Notes under the pieces: generated by a model | Told to the model about the DNA's origin: nothing | Databases searched by the model: none | Seen by the model: the letters and a program-made list of their open reading frames with translations, nothing else | DNA from: an uncultured Halomonas sp. | GTDB taxonomy: Bacteria; Pseudomonadota; Gammaproteobacteria; Pseudomonadales; Halomonadaceae | Assembly: GCA_964652855.1 (NCBI GenBank) | Contig: CAZZCJ010000001.1 | Coordinates: 264,916 to 328,915 of the forward strand | Length of the DNA: 64,000 bases | Direction of reading: 5' to 3' | Shown: one piece after another, positions 47,229-56,456 of the stretch | Position numbering within the stretch: the stretch's first letter is position 1 | Layout: each line of letters starts with the position of its first letter | Made by a program: the position numbers and the translations under genes

Positions 47229-48354
47229 GTTGGCCGCACTGCAGCAATTGCTCTACCAGGCAGTTCAAGTCTTGACCACACTGCCCGAGGATCCGGTGCT
47301 GCGTTTTGCCGTCTACAGCGCCATGGCGCTGGCCGCATTGACCCTTGCGGTCATGCTGCAGGTGCTGGTGCTGGTGCTGACCGAGCTGGCCAGCCGGCGC
47401 GAGCGTCGCCGCCAGGCATTCACTGCGCAGTGGCGGCCGTGTCTCGCTGCATGGAGCACGGCGCATGGCGATGCGCTGCCCTGGCCGCCACGCGGCAAGC
47501 AGCAGGAGATCTGGTTCATGCTGCTATGGCTGCGGCTGCGACGCCAGGTCCGGGGGCCGTCGCAACAGCGCCTCAATGCTCTTTTTGAAGGCATCGGCAT
47601 GAGCAGTCGCGTGGTGCGGCTGCTGCGTGGGCGTGGCGTCCATCGGCGGTTGCTCTCGTTAAGCTGTCTGCAATACTTGGCGGATTCACGCTACTGGTCG
47701 GAGGTGTCGCCCCTGGTGGACGACAGCAACTCAGTGGTGGCGCTGTCCGCGGCCCAGACCTTGGTGGCGATGGACTCTGACCGCGCCATGCAGCGCGTAA
47801 TCCCGCTGGTACAGTTGCGGCGCGACTGGGCCTTGCCACGGCTTGAGGCGCTGTGTCGTCAGGCGGGTCCGGCATCAGTCAGCGGCCCTCTGCTATCGCA
47901 ACTCGTCGAAGGAGAAGATCCACCGCTACGTCTGGCACCGCTGTTGGTCTGGGCGGATCCTAATCGTGTGGCCCCCTGGGCCATTCGCCTGCTTGCCGAG
48001 GGCTTCAGTGCACAGGAAGGAAGGGAGGTTTTGCTCTGTGTCGCCTTGAGCTGTCTGGGGAAGCGCCGTGATCCACGTGACAGGGTACTACTCCTGCGCT
48101 GGTTGGAGGCCAGTTCCCCTCAGGTCCGCTTGGCGGCCGTCCAGGCGCTGCGTCGCCAAGCGGGGCCTGATGAGGTGTCTTTTCTACTAGAGCGGTTGGC
48201 CGACGCCAGCTGGTGGGTGCGCCAGGCGGCCGCCGATGCCCTGGTCGAGCTGCCTAGCATGGCTGACGCCGACATTGAGACCTGGCAGCAAGCAGTAACG
48301 GATCGCTATGGGCAGGATGCCCTGAGGCGAGCCATTGCCGAGCGGCGTCGTTGA
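47218..48354 (+). CDS. Membrane-anchored HEAT-repeat protein
   Basis: An N-terminal hydrophobic anchor (AVYSAMALAALTLAVMLQVLVLVL) is followed by repeated helical units, including SSPQVRLAAVQALRR and DASWWVRQAAADALVEL (HEAT/PBS-lyase-like). It overlaps the yaiO-like gene by 11 nt. Confidence 0.7.
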   Translation: MPSELAALQQLLYQAVQVLTTLPEDPVLRFAVYSAMALAALTLAVMLQVLVLVLTELASRRERRRQAFTAQWRPCLAAWSTAHGDALPWPPRGKQQEIWFMLLWLRLRRQVRGPSQQRLNALFEGIGMSSRVVRLLRGRGVHRRLLSLSCLQYLADSRYWSEVSPLVDDSNSVVALSAAQTLVAMDSDRAMQRVIPLVQLRRDWALPRLEALCRQAGPASVSGPLLSQLVEGEDPPLRLAPLLVWADPNRVAPWAIRLLAEGFSAQEGREVLLCVALSCLGKRRDPRDRVLLLRWLEASSPQVRLAAVQALRRQAGPDEVSFLLERLADASWWVRQAAADALVELPSMADADIETWQQAVTDRYGQDALRRAIAERRR

Positions 48355-48363
48355 GGAGAGCGG

Positions 48364-49764
48364 ATGGGCATCGATTGGGTGTGGTGGGGGCAGGTCGGTT
48401 TCATCGGCTATTTCATATTGCTCAACGGCGGTTATTTGGCGCTCAACCTGCTCTCGATGGTGAGCCTGCGGCGCTACATGCGCCAGCGCGCCGAACTGGG
48501 GGAGCTGGCGCCCTATCTAGGGCTCGAGCCTGCCGTGTCGATACTGGTGCCTGCCTACAACGAGGCAGCCACCATACGTACATCGCTTCTCTCGATGCTG
48601 CAGCTGCAGTACCCCGAGTTCGAGCTCGTGGTGGTCAACGATGGTTCCAAGGATGAGACCCTGGCGGTGCTGATCGAGGCCTTCGAGCTCGAGCCGCATC
48701 CCGAGCCGCTGCGACGCAGCGTGCCGCATCAGGAGATTCGGGGTATCTATCGCTCGCGGCGTTACCCCAACCTGAAGGTGATCGACAAGGCCAACGGCGG
48801 CAAGGCCGATGCGCTCAATGCCGGGATCAATGCCGCCCGCCACGAACTGTTCTGCGCCGTGGATGCGGACTCCATCCTGCAGCGCGACAGCCTGCTGCGC
48901 GTGGTGCAGCCGTTCCTCGAGGACGAGCGCACCGTGGCCGCGGGCGGGACGGTACGCATCGCCAACGGCTCGACGGTCCGCGGCGGCTTTCTGCTCGAGG
49001 CGGGCATCCCGGATAGCCTGCTGGCACGCTTCCAGGTTGTCGAGTACCTCAGGGCGTTCCTGTTCGGCAGACTGGGCTGGTCGCCGCTAAATGCGGTGCT
49101 GATCATCTCCGGTGCCTTCGGCCTGTTCGACCGTGAGCGCGTCGCCGAGGTTGGCGGCTACAGCACCACCACGGTGGGGGAGGACATGGAGCTGGTGGTA
49201 CGCCTGCATCGCTACCACCGCGAGCGCAAGATTCCCTATCGCATTCGCTACCTGCCCGACCCCATCTGCTGGACCGAGGCCCCCGAGGATATGGGAACTT
49301 TGGGGCGTCAGCGCAGCCGCTGGCAGCGCGGCCTGGCGGAAAGCCTGAGCCGTCATGCGCGGCTGGCGTTTGGCCGGCGAGGCGGGGCCCCGGGGCGCCT
49401 GGCGTGGCCCTTTATGGCGCTGTTCGAGTGGCTGGGGCCGCTGGTCGAACTGGCCGGCTACGCCTTCATGTTCGGCGGATTCGCCATGGGGATCATCTCG
49501 CCAGTGGCCCTCACCGTGTTCCTGTTGGTGGCCATCGGCATGGGCATCCTGCTATCGGTCAACGGCTTGCTGCTAGAAACCCTGTCGTTTCGTGTCTACC
49601 AGCGCCGCCGGGACATGCTGCGGCTGTTTCTCGTCGCCGTGCTGGAGAACTTCGGTTATCGCCAGCTCAACACCCTTTGGCGCTGCCGCGGCCTGTGGCA
49701 GTGGTTTGCACGGCGCAAGCATCAGTGGGGGGTGATGAAGCGCAGCGGCCAATGGGGGCAGTAA
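48364..49764 (+). CDS. Processive family-2 glycosyltransferase (PgaC/IcaA/YaiP-like synthase)
   Basis: VSILVPAYNE, VVNDGSKDET, GKADALNAG, VDADS, GEDMEL and QRSRWQRG (QxxRW), with N- and C-terminal TM segments. A GAGGAGAG RBS precedes it. Confidence 0.85.
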   Translation: MGIDWVWWGQVGFIGYFILLNGGYLALNLLSMVSLRRYMRQRAELGELAPYLGLEPAVSILVPAYNEAATIRTSLLSMLQLQYPEFELVVVNDGSKDETLAVLIEAFELEPHPEPLRRSVPHQEIRGIYRSRRYPNLKVIDKANGGKADALNAGINAARHELFCAVDADSILQRDSLLRVVQPFLEDERTVAAGGTVRIANGSTVRGGFLLEAGIPDSLLARFQVVEYLRAFLFGRLGWSPLNAVLIISGAFGLFDRERVAEVGGYSTTTVGEDMELVVRLHRYHRERKIPYRIRYLPDPICWTEAPEDMGTLGRQRSRWQRGLAESLSRHARLAFGRRGGAPGRLAWPFMALFEWLGPLVELAGYAFMFGGFAMGIISPVALTVFLLVAIGMGILLSVNGLLLETLSFRVYQRRRDMLRLFLVAVLENFGYRQLNTLWRCRGLWQWFARRKHQWGVMKRSGQWGQ

Positions 49765-49768
49765 GTTG

Positions 49769-50680
49769 TTAGTCCACCCGCGATACCGGCTGGCGTCGAG
49801 GGTCGACATACCATGGCAGGCCGCGCCTGGCGTTGTGCTCCAGTTCGGCGATTACCTGGGCACCCAGCAGCAGGATGACGGCACCGATTTCCAGCGTGAG
49901 AAGCACCACGATCAAGGTGGCCAGCGAGCCATAGACGACGTTCACGAACGACAGGTTGGCAAAATAGAACACCAGCAGCAGGCGCACCCCCTCCCACAGC
50001 AGTGCCGCCACAAAGCCCCCCACCACGGCGCGCCGGAGGGCAATCCTGACCACCGGTAGCACCTTGTAGATGGCGCTGAACAGCAGGAACACGCCGATGA
50101 AGCTGAACAGGTTGAGCAGGGGGTCGGAGAGGCCGGCGAAGGGCATGCTGCGGCCAACGAAGGCCAGCCACAGCGCATCGATGGCAGCCGCCAGCGTGGC
50201 CAGCAGCGTCAATGCCAGCAGCCCCGCGCCCAGCACCAGCATGAACAGGTAGGGCAGCAGCACCGACACCCACAGGCTGCGCTTCTGTGGCACTTCCGGT
50301 GCATGGAAGATGATGGCCAGCGCATCCTCCAGCATGCGAAACACGAAGGAGCTGAATATCAGCAGTACGACGATGCCGAACAGCCCGATCATGTCCCGGG
50401 AGTCGAGCAGGGCGCGCACCGCATCGAGCAGGACTTCGGCATGCGTAGGAGCCAGGTGCTGCACCTGCACGCCGATCACTTCGAGCAGCAGCGCCTCGTT
50501 GAACACCTGGGTCAACAGCACGGTCAGCAGGGCGAACAGCGGAACGATGGAGAGCAGGATGTTGTAGCCGACACCACCGGCCAGCAGTAGCCCCCGGTTG
50601 CGCAGGAAGGCTGCCAGCACGCGCCAGAGAAAGCGCGCCACATGCGGCATGAGGACGAGCAACGCGCTGATTCGGGGCAT
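49769..50680 (-). CDS. YihY/BrkB family membrane protein
   Basis: LLLAGGVGYNILLSIVPLFALL and six hydrophobic segments. The start at 50680 (MPRISALL...) is preferred over 50761. Confidence 0.8.
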   Translation of the reverse strand: MPRISALLVLMPHVARFLWRVLAAFLRNRGLLLAGGVGYNILLSIVPLFALLTVLLTQVFNEALLLEVIGVQVQHLAPTHAEVLLDAVRALLDSRDMIGLFGIVVLLIFSSFVFRMLEDALAIIFHAPEVPQKRSLWVSVLLPYLFMLVLGAGLLALTLLATLAAAIDALWLAFVGRSMPFAGLSDPLLNLFSFIGVFLLFSAIYKVLPVVRIALRRAVVGGFVAALLWEGVRLLLVFYFANLSFVNVVYGSLATLIVVLLTLEIGAVILLLGAQVIAELEHNARRGLPWYVDPRRQPVSRVD

Positions 50681-50899
50681 GCGGACGGTAACTCCCTGGA
50701 TGCGTTTCGGCCCATGTCTGAACCCGTGTATGAACTCACGCTCGAACCCGTTCCTGGACAAGGTATTACCGAACCCGATGGCTCACAAGCGAGCCGCTTC
50801 GCTGGCTGGATGCTGAAGGTTCGCTACACTGGTGGCTGACGGCAGGCGTGGCGCTGTGCCATGTCGGCCCCCGTTCATCCGGACAGCAAGGAGAGCTGT

Positions 50900-50974
50900 A
50901 TGCGCAATATCATCTATATCATTGGCCTGATCGTCGTGGTGCTGTTCATCCTGTCGATGCTTGGCCTGCGCTGA
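50900..50974 (+). CDS. Candidate 24-aa hydrophobic micro-protein
   Basis: ATG preceded by AAGGAGA (5-nt spacer). The peptide is MRNIIYIIGLIVVVLFILSMLGLR. It is below the ORF-track size cutoff. Confidence 0.4.
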   Translation: MRNIIYIIGLIVVVLFILSMLGLR

Positions 50975-51056
50975 CACGGAGCGACACTGCCCTACCCGGA
51001 TCTCATGGCCGGTGCGGTACCCCCGCCCGGCCATGCTTCTTTTTGGGCAGGCACGC

Positions 51057-52112
51057 TCAGGGCGGCTGCGTGTCGCCCTGCAGCAGAATGGCAACGACAC
51101 GATGCAACTGCTCCTGTGAAAAACGTCGACCCATGGCGCCGGGATGCGGGTCGGCAGTGAAGACCACGGTTAAAGCCCGGGAGGGAATCACGTAGAGCCC
51201 CTGGCCGCCAAAACCCCTTCCATAGTAGACGGGCGTATCCGCCAGGGTGGTGATGAACCAGCCATACCCGTAGCGGTCCCCCGTCCAGCGAGAGGTGCCG
51301 CGAGGCTGCCAGGAAGCCTCCACCCACCCCTCGGGCAGCACCCGCCTAGAGCCGATCATTCCGTCGTGCCGATAAAGCTCGCCCAGGGCGATCAAGGCGT
51401 GGGCCGAGAGCTCCATGTCGTTGCCACCGAAATAGATGCCCTGTGGATCGCGGGGCCAGGGCGGAATGGTGATGCCGAGTGGCTCGCCCAGCAGTCGCCT
51501 GGCCAGGGCCAGGGTGCTTTCGCCGCTGGCCTGGGTCAGCGCCGCCGAAAGGATATGGCTGCTGCCCGTCGAGTAGAGCATCTCGCCGCCGGGCCGATCG
51601 ACGAAGGGCCGTGTCAGGGCATTGGCCACCCAGTTCCGGCTTGCCACCCAGGCCCCGTAGTTGCCTCCCGAGGTGCGTTCCAGCCCGGCCTGGAGCGACA
51701 GCAGGTGGCCCACGGTGATCTCTTCGACCCGAGGGTCGATGTCATCTGGAACCAGGGGGCCCAGCAGCTCGACGATGGGCTGGTCGACGCCCGAAATCAG
51801 CCCGTCCGCGATGGCGGCCCCGGTCAGTGCGGCCAGGACGGTCTTGGACAGTGACTTGATGTTGACGGGCTGGGTGGCGGGTGGGCCGTTGAAGGTCTGC
51901 TCCAGCACGATATCGCCGTGCTCGGCCACGACCAGGGTGCGCAAGCGGTCGATCTGCTCCGCGGCTTGGGCCGTGTGGGCCAGGGCCTGCTGGCTCAGGC
52001 GCTCGGATGCGTTCGCAGTGCCGGCGAGTGCGGCGAGCCCCAGGAGCAGCAGGGTCGTGAGGGCCCGAGACAAAATGATACGGCGCGACGCCGTTGCGCT
52101 CGAGCTCGACAT
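51057..52112 (-). CDS. Serine hydrolase (beta-lactamase/transpeptidase-like fold), secreted
   Basis: Signal peptide, the SLSKT (SxxK) motif, and overall class-C beta-lactamase-family appearance. Confidence 0.8.
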   Translation of the reverse strand: MSSSSATASRRIILSRALTTLLLLGLAALAGTANASERLSQQALAHTAQAAEQIDRLRTLVVAEHGDIVLEQTFNGPPATQPVNIKSLSKTVLAALTGAAIADGLISGVDQPIVELLGPLVPDDIDPRVEEITVGHLLSLQAGLERTSGGNYGAWVASRNWVANALTRPFVDRPGGEMLYSTGSSHILSAALTQASGESTLALARRLLGEPLGITIPPWPRDPQGIYFGGNDMELSAHALIALGELYRHDGMIGSRRVLPEGWVEASWQPRGTSRWTGDRYGYGWFITTLADTPVYYGRGFGGQGLYVIPSRALTVVFTADPHPGAMGRRFSQEQLHRVVAILLQGDTQPP

Positions 52113-52234
52113 GGTGCGTCCTCCCTGTCACATCCGGTCACGAAGCCTTGTGCCGGTCGCCTTGCAGATACCCGGTCCCTACTGCCATCTTGTGCCGGAA
52201 GACGCATTCTGACAACAGATCTAACGGGGCTGCC

Positions 52235-52831
52235 ATGGGTCATCATCTCCGCTTCCTCCTACCGCTAGCACCGGTGCTGCTGCTGGTGGGCTGTGCCGGA
52301 CGCGTATCCCCGCCTCCCGTGCACACCCTCGATGCGCCCGTCGAGATCCACCTGTTGGACCATGGTCGTCATGCGAGCCTGGTCATGCCGCATCAAGAAG
52401 GAGGGATGGCCCGCTACAGCTACGGCGAATGGCAGTGGTACGTCGAGGGAAGGCAAGGCGTGTGGCGCGGCGTCTCCGCCATGCTTTGGCCGACCCCCAG
52501 TGGCATCGGGCGCGCCCTGCATGACGAGATCGACTCGCCCTACCCGCATCTCGACAGGCTTGCACCGGAGGGCGTCGAGGCGATCTATTCGCTGCAGGCC
52601 GATGCCGAGCTTGTCGTGGCTCTGCAACAGTACCTGGATGCGCACTTCGCGCAGGCGAGCATGGCGCCTGTCTTCAGCGAGGAGTACGGCCTCTATTTCG
52701 TGCCTTACCCCAGGGACTACTCCGCGCTTCACCAGTCCAACCTGGTGGTCGCCCAATGGCTGCGCCAGCTGGATTTCGAGGTGCGGGGGTCTCCCTGGCT
52801 CTCCAACTGGCGCATCGATGCCGCACCCTGA
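52235..52831 (+). CDS. Lipoprotein of unknown function (possibly DUF2459 / 'urease-region' conserved hypothetical family)
   Basis: A lipobox LLLVGC follows MGHHLRFLLPLAPV. HGRHASLVMP and YSYGEWQWY resemble DUF2459 as I recall it. The family assignment is tentative. Confidence 0.55.
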   Translation: MGHHLRFLLPLAPVLLLVGCAGRVSPPPVHTLDAPVEIHLLDHGRHASLVMPHQEGGMARYSYGEWQWYVEGRQGVWRGVSAMLWPTPSGIGRALHDEIDSPYPHLDRLAPEGVEAIYSLQADAELVVALQQYLDAHFAQASMAPVFSEEYGLYFVPYPRDYSALHQSNLVVAQWLRQLDFEVRGSPWLSNWRIDAAP

Positions 52832-52969
52832 CCGGCGTGCGCTCCCGGCCTGAGGCGCCTTGCCGCAGCTTTCGCCCGGCCGGTTCGCTATGTATGCTGA
52901 CTGTGAACACAACAGCGCTTCCGCCCGTGCGCGGTAAGCTCATATCGACCAGCAAGAGGGACTTGCCCA

Positions 52970-54091
52970 ATGTCGGAGACAACCGAGAGCCCACTCTACA
53001 AGGACAGGCGTGTCATGGGCGTGGTGGCCGTGGCGATTCTTGCCATTCTATGGGCGATCTTTGCCCATAACAGTGCCAGCAACCAGCGTGAGCGCAGTGC
53101 CGTTCTCGAAGAGCAACTGGCCGCCGTCCAGGCAGAGCAGCGTCGCCTGGTGGCGGAGCTGAGCGAGCGAGACCAGGCAGGCGAGGATATTGCCGCGCTG
53201 CAGGCTCGCCTCGACGAGCTCGAGCAGCAGCGCCAGGCGGCGGAAGGCACGATGCGCGAAGAGCAGGAGGCCGCACGCGCCGAGGTCGAGCAGCTGCAGG
53301 CCGAGGCGCAGCAGGCCCGTCAGCAGCTCGAGGAGCTGCAGGGTCAGCGCGGTGAGCTCGATGCCGAGGTGGAGTCGCGTCAGGCCGAGATCTCCGAGAT
53401 GGAGCAGGCGGTGGCACAGCTGCGTAGCGACTATGACACGGTCGACCAAGCGCGCAACGACGCCCAGACCGCTCGCCAGGATGCCGAAGATGCGCGCCAG
53501 GAAGCGGAAGCCGCTCGCCAGGCCGTTGAGGAAGAGCGCCAGCAGGCCGAGGCCGCCCGCCGTGAGGCAGAAGAGCAGCGTGAGCAGGTCGAGTCCAGCC
53601 TGCAGGAGCTGCGCCAGGAGACCGAGGCGGCCCAGCAGCGTTTCGACACGCTGAGCGAGGCGCTCAATGAGCGTGAGCAGACCTTGCAGGCGCTGGAGAA
53701 CGACATCGAGGCCCTGGAAGCCTGGCGCACCGAGGTCGAGCGCGAGGTGGGCAACGTGCGGGACGAGCGCAGCGCCGCCATGAGCGAGCTGGAGGAGACC
53801 CGCCAGGAGCAGGAGTCGCTGGCCGGCGAGGTCGAGGCGGGGCGTAGCCAGCTCGAGGAGCTGGAAGGCCAGGTCGAGCGTCGCCAGCAGCAGCTGCAGC
53901 AGCTCGAGGCTCAGCTGGCGCAGTGGCGTGAAGCGCTGGCTGAACTGGAACTGCCGGCCCAGCAAAACCTGCGTCAGGGCCAGCAGCAGCAGGGCCAGGA
54001 GCAGCAGGGCCAGGAGCAGCAGGGCCAGCAGCAGGGCCAGGAGCAGCAGGGCCAGGAGCAGGAAGCCGAGCCCGCCGCAGAGCGCAGCTGA
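52970..54091 (+). CDS. Membrane-anchored coiled-coil protein with C-terminal QGQEQ repeats
   Basis: An N-terminal TM (VMGVVAVAILAILWAIFA) is followed by about 300 aa of E/Q/A/R-rich heptad-like sequence and a low-complexity tail. Confidence 0.75.
   Translation: MSETTESPLYKDRRVMGVVAVAILAILWAIFAHNSASNQRERSAVLEEQLAAVQAEQRRLVAELSERDQAGEDIAALQARLDELEQQRQAAEGTMREEQEAARAEVEQLQAEAQQARQQLEELQGQRGELDAEVESRQAEISEMEQAVAQLRSDYDTVDQARNDAQTARQDAEDARQEAEAARQAVEEERQQAEAARREAEEQREQVESSLQELRQETEAAQQRFDTLSEALNEREQTLQALENDIEALEAWRTEVEREVGNVRDERSAAMSELEETRQEQESLAGEVEAGRSQLEELEGQVERRQQQLQQLEAQLAQWREALAELELPAQQNLRQGQQQQGQEQQGQEQQGQQQGQEQQGQEQEAEPAAERS
53975..54063 (+). repeat. In-frame 15-nt tandem repeat (CAGGGCCAGGAGCAG, Q-G-Q-E-Q) inside the coiled-coil gene
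   Basis: About six consecutive, slightly variant units are visible in the DNA. Confidence 0.85.
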
Positions 54092-54253
54092 TCGCGCACC
54101 AAGCGATGCGGCGGGCTTCGGCTTGCCGCATTGTCGTTTCTGGCTTCCGCCAACGGCCACTCGTCGTGAAGCCAGGCGCGTTATACTGACGCGAGTGCAA
54201 GCGCTTCTGCGCATGCAAGGCACTCTGCCAACGTAGCAAACGAGGAGTCAGTC

Positions 54254-55060
54254 GTGATCGAAGGGGTCAAGCATATCGTGGCCGTGGCATCCGGCAAGGG
54301 CGGTGTCGGCAAGTCCACCGTCACCGTGAACCTGGCGCTGGCCATGGTCGCCGAGGGCTACCGCGTCGGCATCCTGGATGCCGATATCCATGGTCCCAGC
54401 CAGGCCCAGATGCTCGGCGTCCCGGAAGGGGTCCGCCCGCAGCAGGCCGGCGAGAACAAGTTTCGGCCGCTGGTGGCGCACGGTGTGCAAGCCATGTCGA
54501 TGGCCTTCATGGTCGATACCCGTGAGCCCATGGTGTGGCGCGGCCCGATGGTGGCGGGGGCCTTCCAGCAGCTGTTGACGCAGACCGCCTGGGAAAACCT
54601 CGATGTGCTGTTCATCGACATGCCGCCGGGCACCGGCGATATCCAGCTGACCCTGGCGCAGAAGGTGCCGGTGGATGGCGCGGTCATCGTGACCACGCCC
54701 CAGGACATCGCGCTGCTCGATGCGCGCAAGGGCATCGAGATGTTTCGCAAGGTGAACGTGCCGGTGCTGGGCGTGGTGGAGAACATGAGCCTGCACGTCT
54801 GCTCCAGCTGCGGTCACGCCGAGCCGATCTTCGGCGAGGGGGGCGGCGAGCGCATCGCTGGCGAATACGAGACCCGGGTGCTCGGGAGGCTACCGCTGGC
54901 ACTGTCGGTCCGTGAGCAGGCGGATAGCGGCCGGCCCACCGTGATCGCCGAGCCCGAGGGCGAGGTCACTGCAATCTTCCGCGACATGGCGCGACAGGTC
55001 GCCGAGGCGCTTGGTGGCCAGTCGCCGAACGAGGGGCCCAGCATTTCGTTCAGCGATTGA
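54254..55060 (+). CDS. apbC: Fe-S cluster carrier ATPase ApbC/Mrp
   Basis: VASGKGGVGKST (deviant Walker A), the CSSCGH motif, and a GTG start. Confidence 0.9.
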   Translation: MIEGVKHIVAVASGKGGVGKSTVTVNLALAMVAEGYRVGILDADIHGPSQAQMLGVPEGVRPQQAGENKFRPLVAHGVQAMSMAFMVDTREPMVWRGPMVAGAFQQLLTQTAWENLDVLFIDMPPGTGDIQLTLAQKVPVDGAVIVTTPQDIALLDARKGIEMFRKVNVPVLGVVENMSLHVCSSCGHAEPIFGEGGGERIAGEYETRVLGRLPLALSVREQADSGRPTVIAEPEGEVTAIFRDMARQVAEALGGQSPNEGPSISFSD

Positions 55061-55156
55061 TGCGCAGGCGCGTTGGCCGCGGGCCGTGACGCCCGCCTGC
55101 GGGGCCGCTATCATAGCGGCCCCATTCATGATTCGGCACACATTTCAGGACGTCCC

Positions 55157-55723
55157 ATGAGCATCAAGCCCGACAGTTGGATCCGCCGCATGGCCGAGCG
55201 GGAAGGCATGATCGAACCCTTCGAAGCCGACCAGGTGCGTTACGTCAACGACCAGCGGGTGATCTCCTACGGCACGTCCAGCTACGGTTACGATGTTCGC
55301 TGTGCCGATGAATTCAAGGTATTCACCAATATCCACTCGGCGGTGGTCGACCCCAAGAACTTCGACGAGAAAAGCTTCGTCGATATCAAGGGCGATGTCT
55401 GCATCATCCCGCCCAACTCCTTCGCCCTGGCGCGCACCGTGGAGTATTTTCGCATTCCGCGCAGCGTGCTCACCATCTGCCTGGGCAAATCGACCTACGC
55501 TCGCTGCGGCATCATCGTCAACGTGACGCCGCTGGAGCCGGAGTGGGAAGGGCACGTGACCCTCGAGTTCTCCAACACCACCAACCTGCCGGCCAAGATC
55601 TACGCCAACGAGGGCGTGGCGCAGATGCTGTTCCTGGAGTCGGACGAGGTGTGCGAGGTTTCCTACAAGGACCGCGGCGGCAAGTACATGGGGCAGCGTG
55701 GGGTGACGCTGCCCCGCACCTGA
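55157..55723 (+). CDS. dcd: dCTP deaminase
   Basis: [23 protein letters not shown]...SSYGYDVR...[25 protein letters not shown]. Confidence 0.95.
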   Translation: MSIKPDSWIRRMAEREGMIEPFEADQVRYVNDQRVISYGTSSYGYDVRCADEFKVFTNIHSAVVDPKNFDEKSFVDIKGDVCIIPPNSFALARTVEYFRIPRSVLTICLGKSTYARCGIIVNVTPLEPEWEGHVTLEFSNTTNLPAKIYANEGVAQMLFLESDEVCEVSYKDRGGKYMGQRGVTLPRT

Positions 55724-55727
55724 GGCC

Positions 55728-56456
55728 TTATTCCTCGTCCAGTTCCTCGGCGGCATCGGCGTGCGACAGGCGCAGGCCCTGGGGCGGCAGCGGGGTGCCG
55801 TCGAGCAGCGCGGCCTCGCCCTCCAGCCGCAGGCGGCCCTCCAGGAACCACTTCACGGCGATGGGATAGATCAGGTGCTCGCGGGCGAGCACCTTCTCCT
55901 TGAGGCTGGCTTCGGTCTCGCCTTCGCTCACGTTCACTACGGCCTGGATGGCCACCGGGCCGCCGTCGAGCTCTTCGGTGACGAAGTGCACGCTGCAGCC
56001 GTGCTCGGTCACGCCGTCGGCCAGCGCCTTGGCATGGGTGTTGAGGCCACGGTAGGCGGGCAGCAGGGAGGGGTGGATGTTGAGCATGCGCCCCTGGAAG
56101 CGCTGCACGAAGCGTGAGCTGAGGATGCGCATGAAGCCGGCCAGCACCACCAGGTCGGGTTCATGGCGCTCGATCACCTTGATCAGGGCGCCATCGTAGG
56201 CTTCGCGATTCTCGTACTCGCCGTGGGGCAGTACCACGGCATCGATGCCGGCATCGCGGGCGCGCTGCAGCCCGTAGGCATCGGTCACGTTGGAAATCAC
56301 CGCGACGATCTCGCCGCCCAGGCGGTCGTGGGTCTGCTCGTCGATCAGTGCCTGAAGGTTGCTGCCGCTGCCGGAGATCAGCACCACCACCCGACGCGGC
56401 CCGGTGGGCTCGGGCGTCAGGTCGTTGAGGGTGTCGCTGGCATAGGTGTCGCTCAT
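55728..56456 (-). CDS. purN: Phosphoribosylglycinamide formyltransferase
   Basis: [17 protein letters not shown] and NIHPSLLP motifs. The ATGA overlaps the purM stop. Confidence 0.95.
   Translation of the reverse strand: MSDTYASDTLNDLTPEPTGPRRVVVLISGSGSNLQALIDEQTHDRLGGEIVAVISNVTDAYGLQRARDAGIDAVVLPHGEYENREAYDGALIKVIERHEPDLVVLAGFMRILSSRFVQRFQGRMLNIHPSLLPAYRGLNTHAKALADGVTEHGCSVHFVTEELDGGPVAIQAVVNVSEGETEASLKEKVLAREHLIYPIAVKWFLEGRLRLEGEAALLDGTPLPPQGLRLSHADAAEELDEE

Noticed and set aside
44021-50680. Calling the low-GC/EPS region a mobile genomic island
   Set aside because: I could find no integrase, transposase, tRNA attachment site or flanking direct repeats. Only a compositional shift in the first ~2.4 kb is visible.
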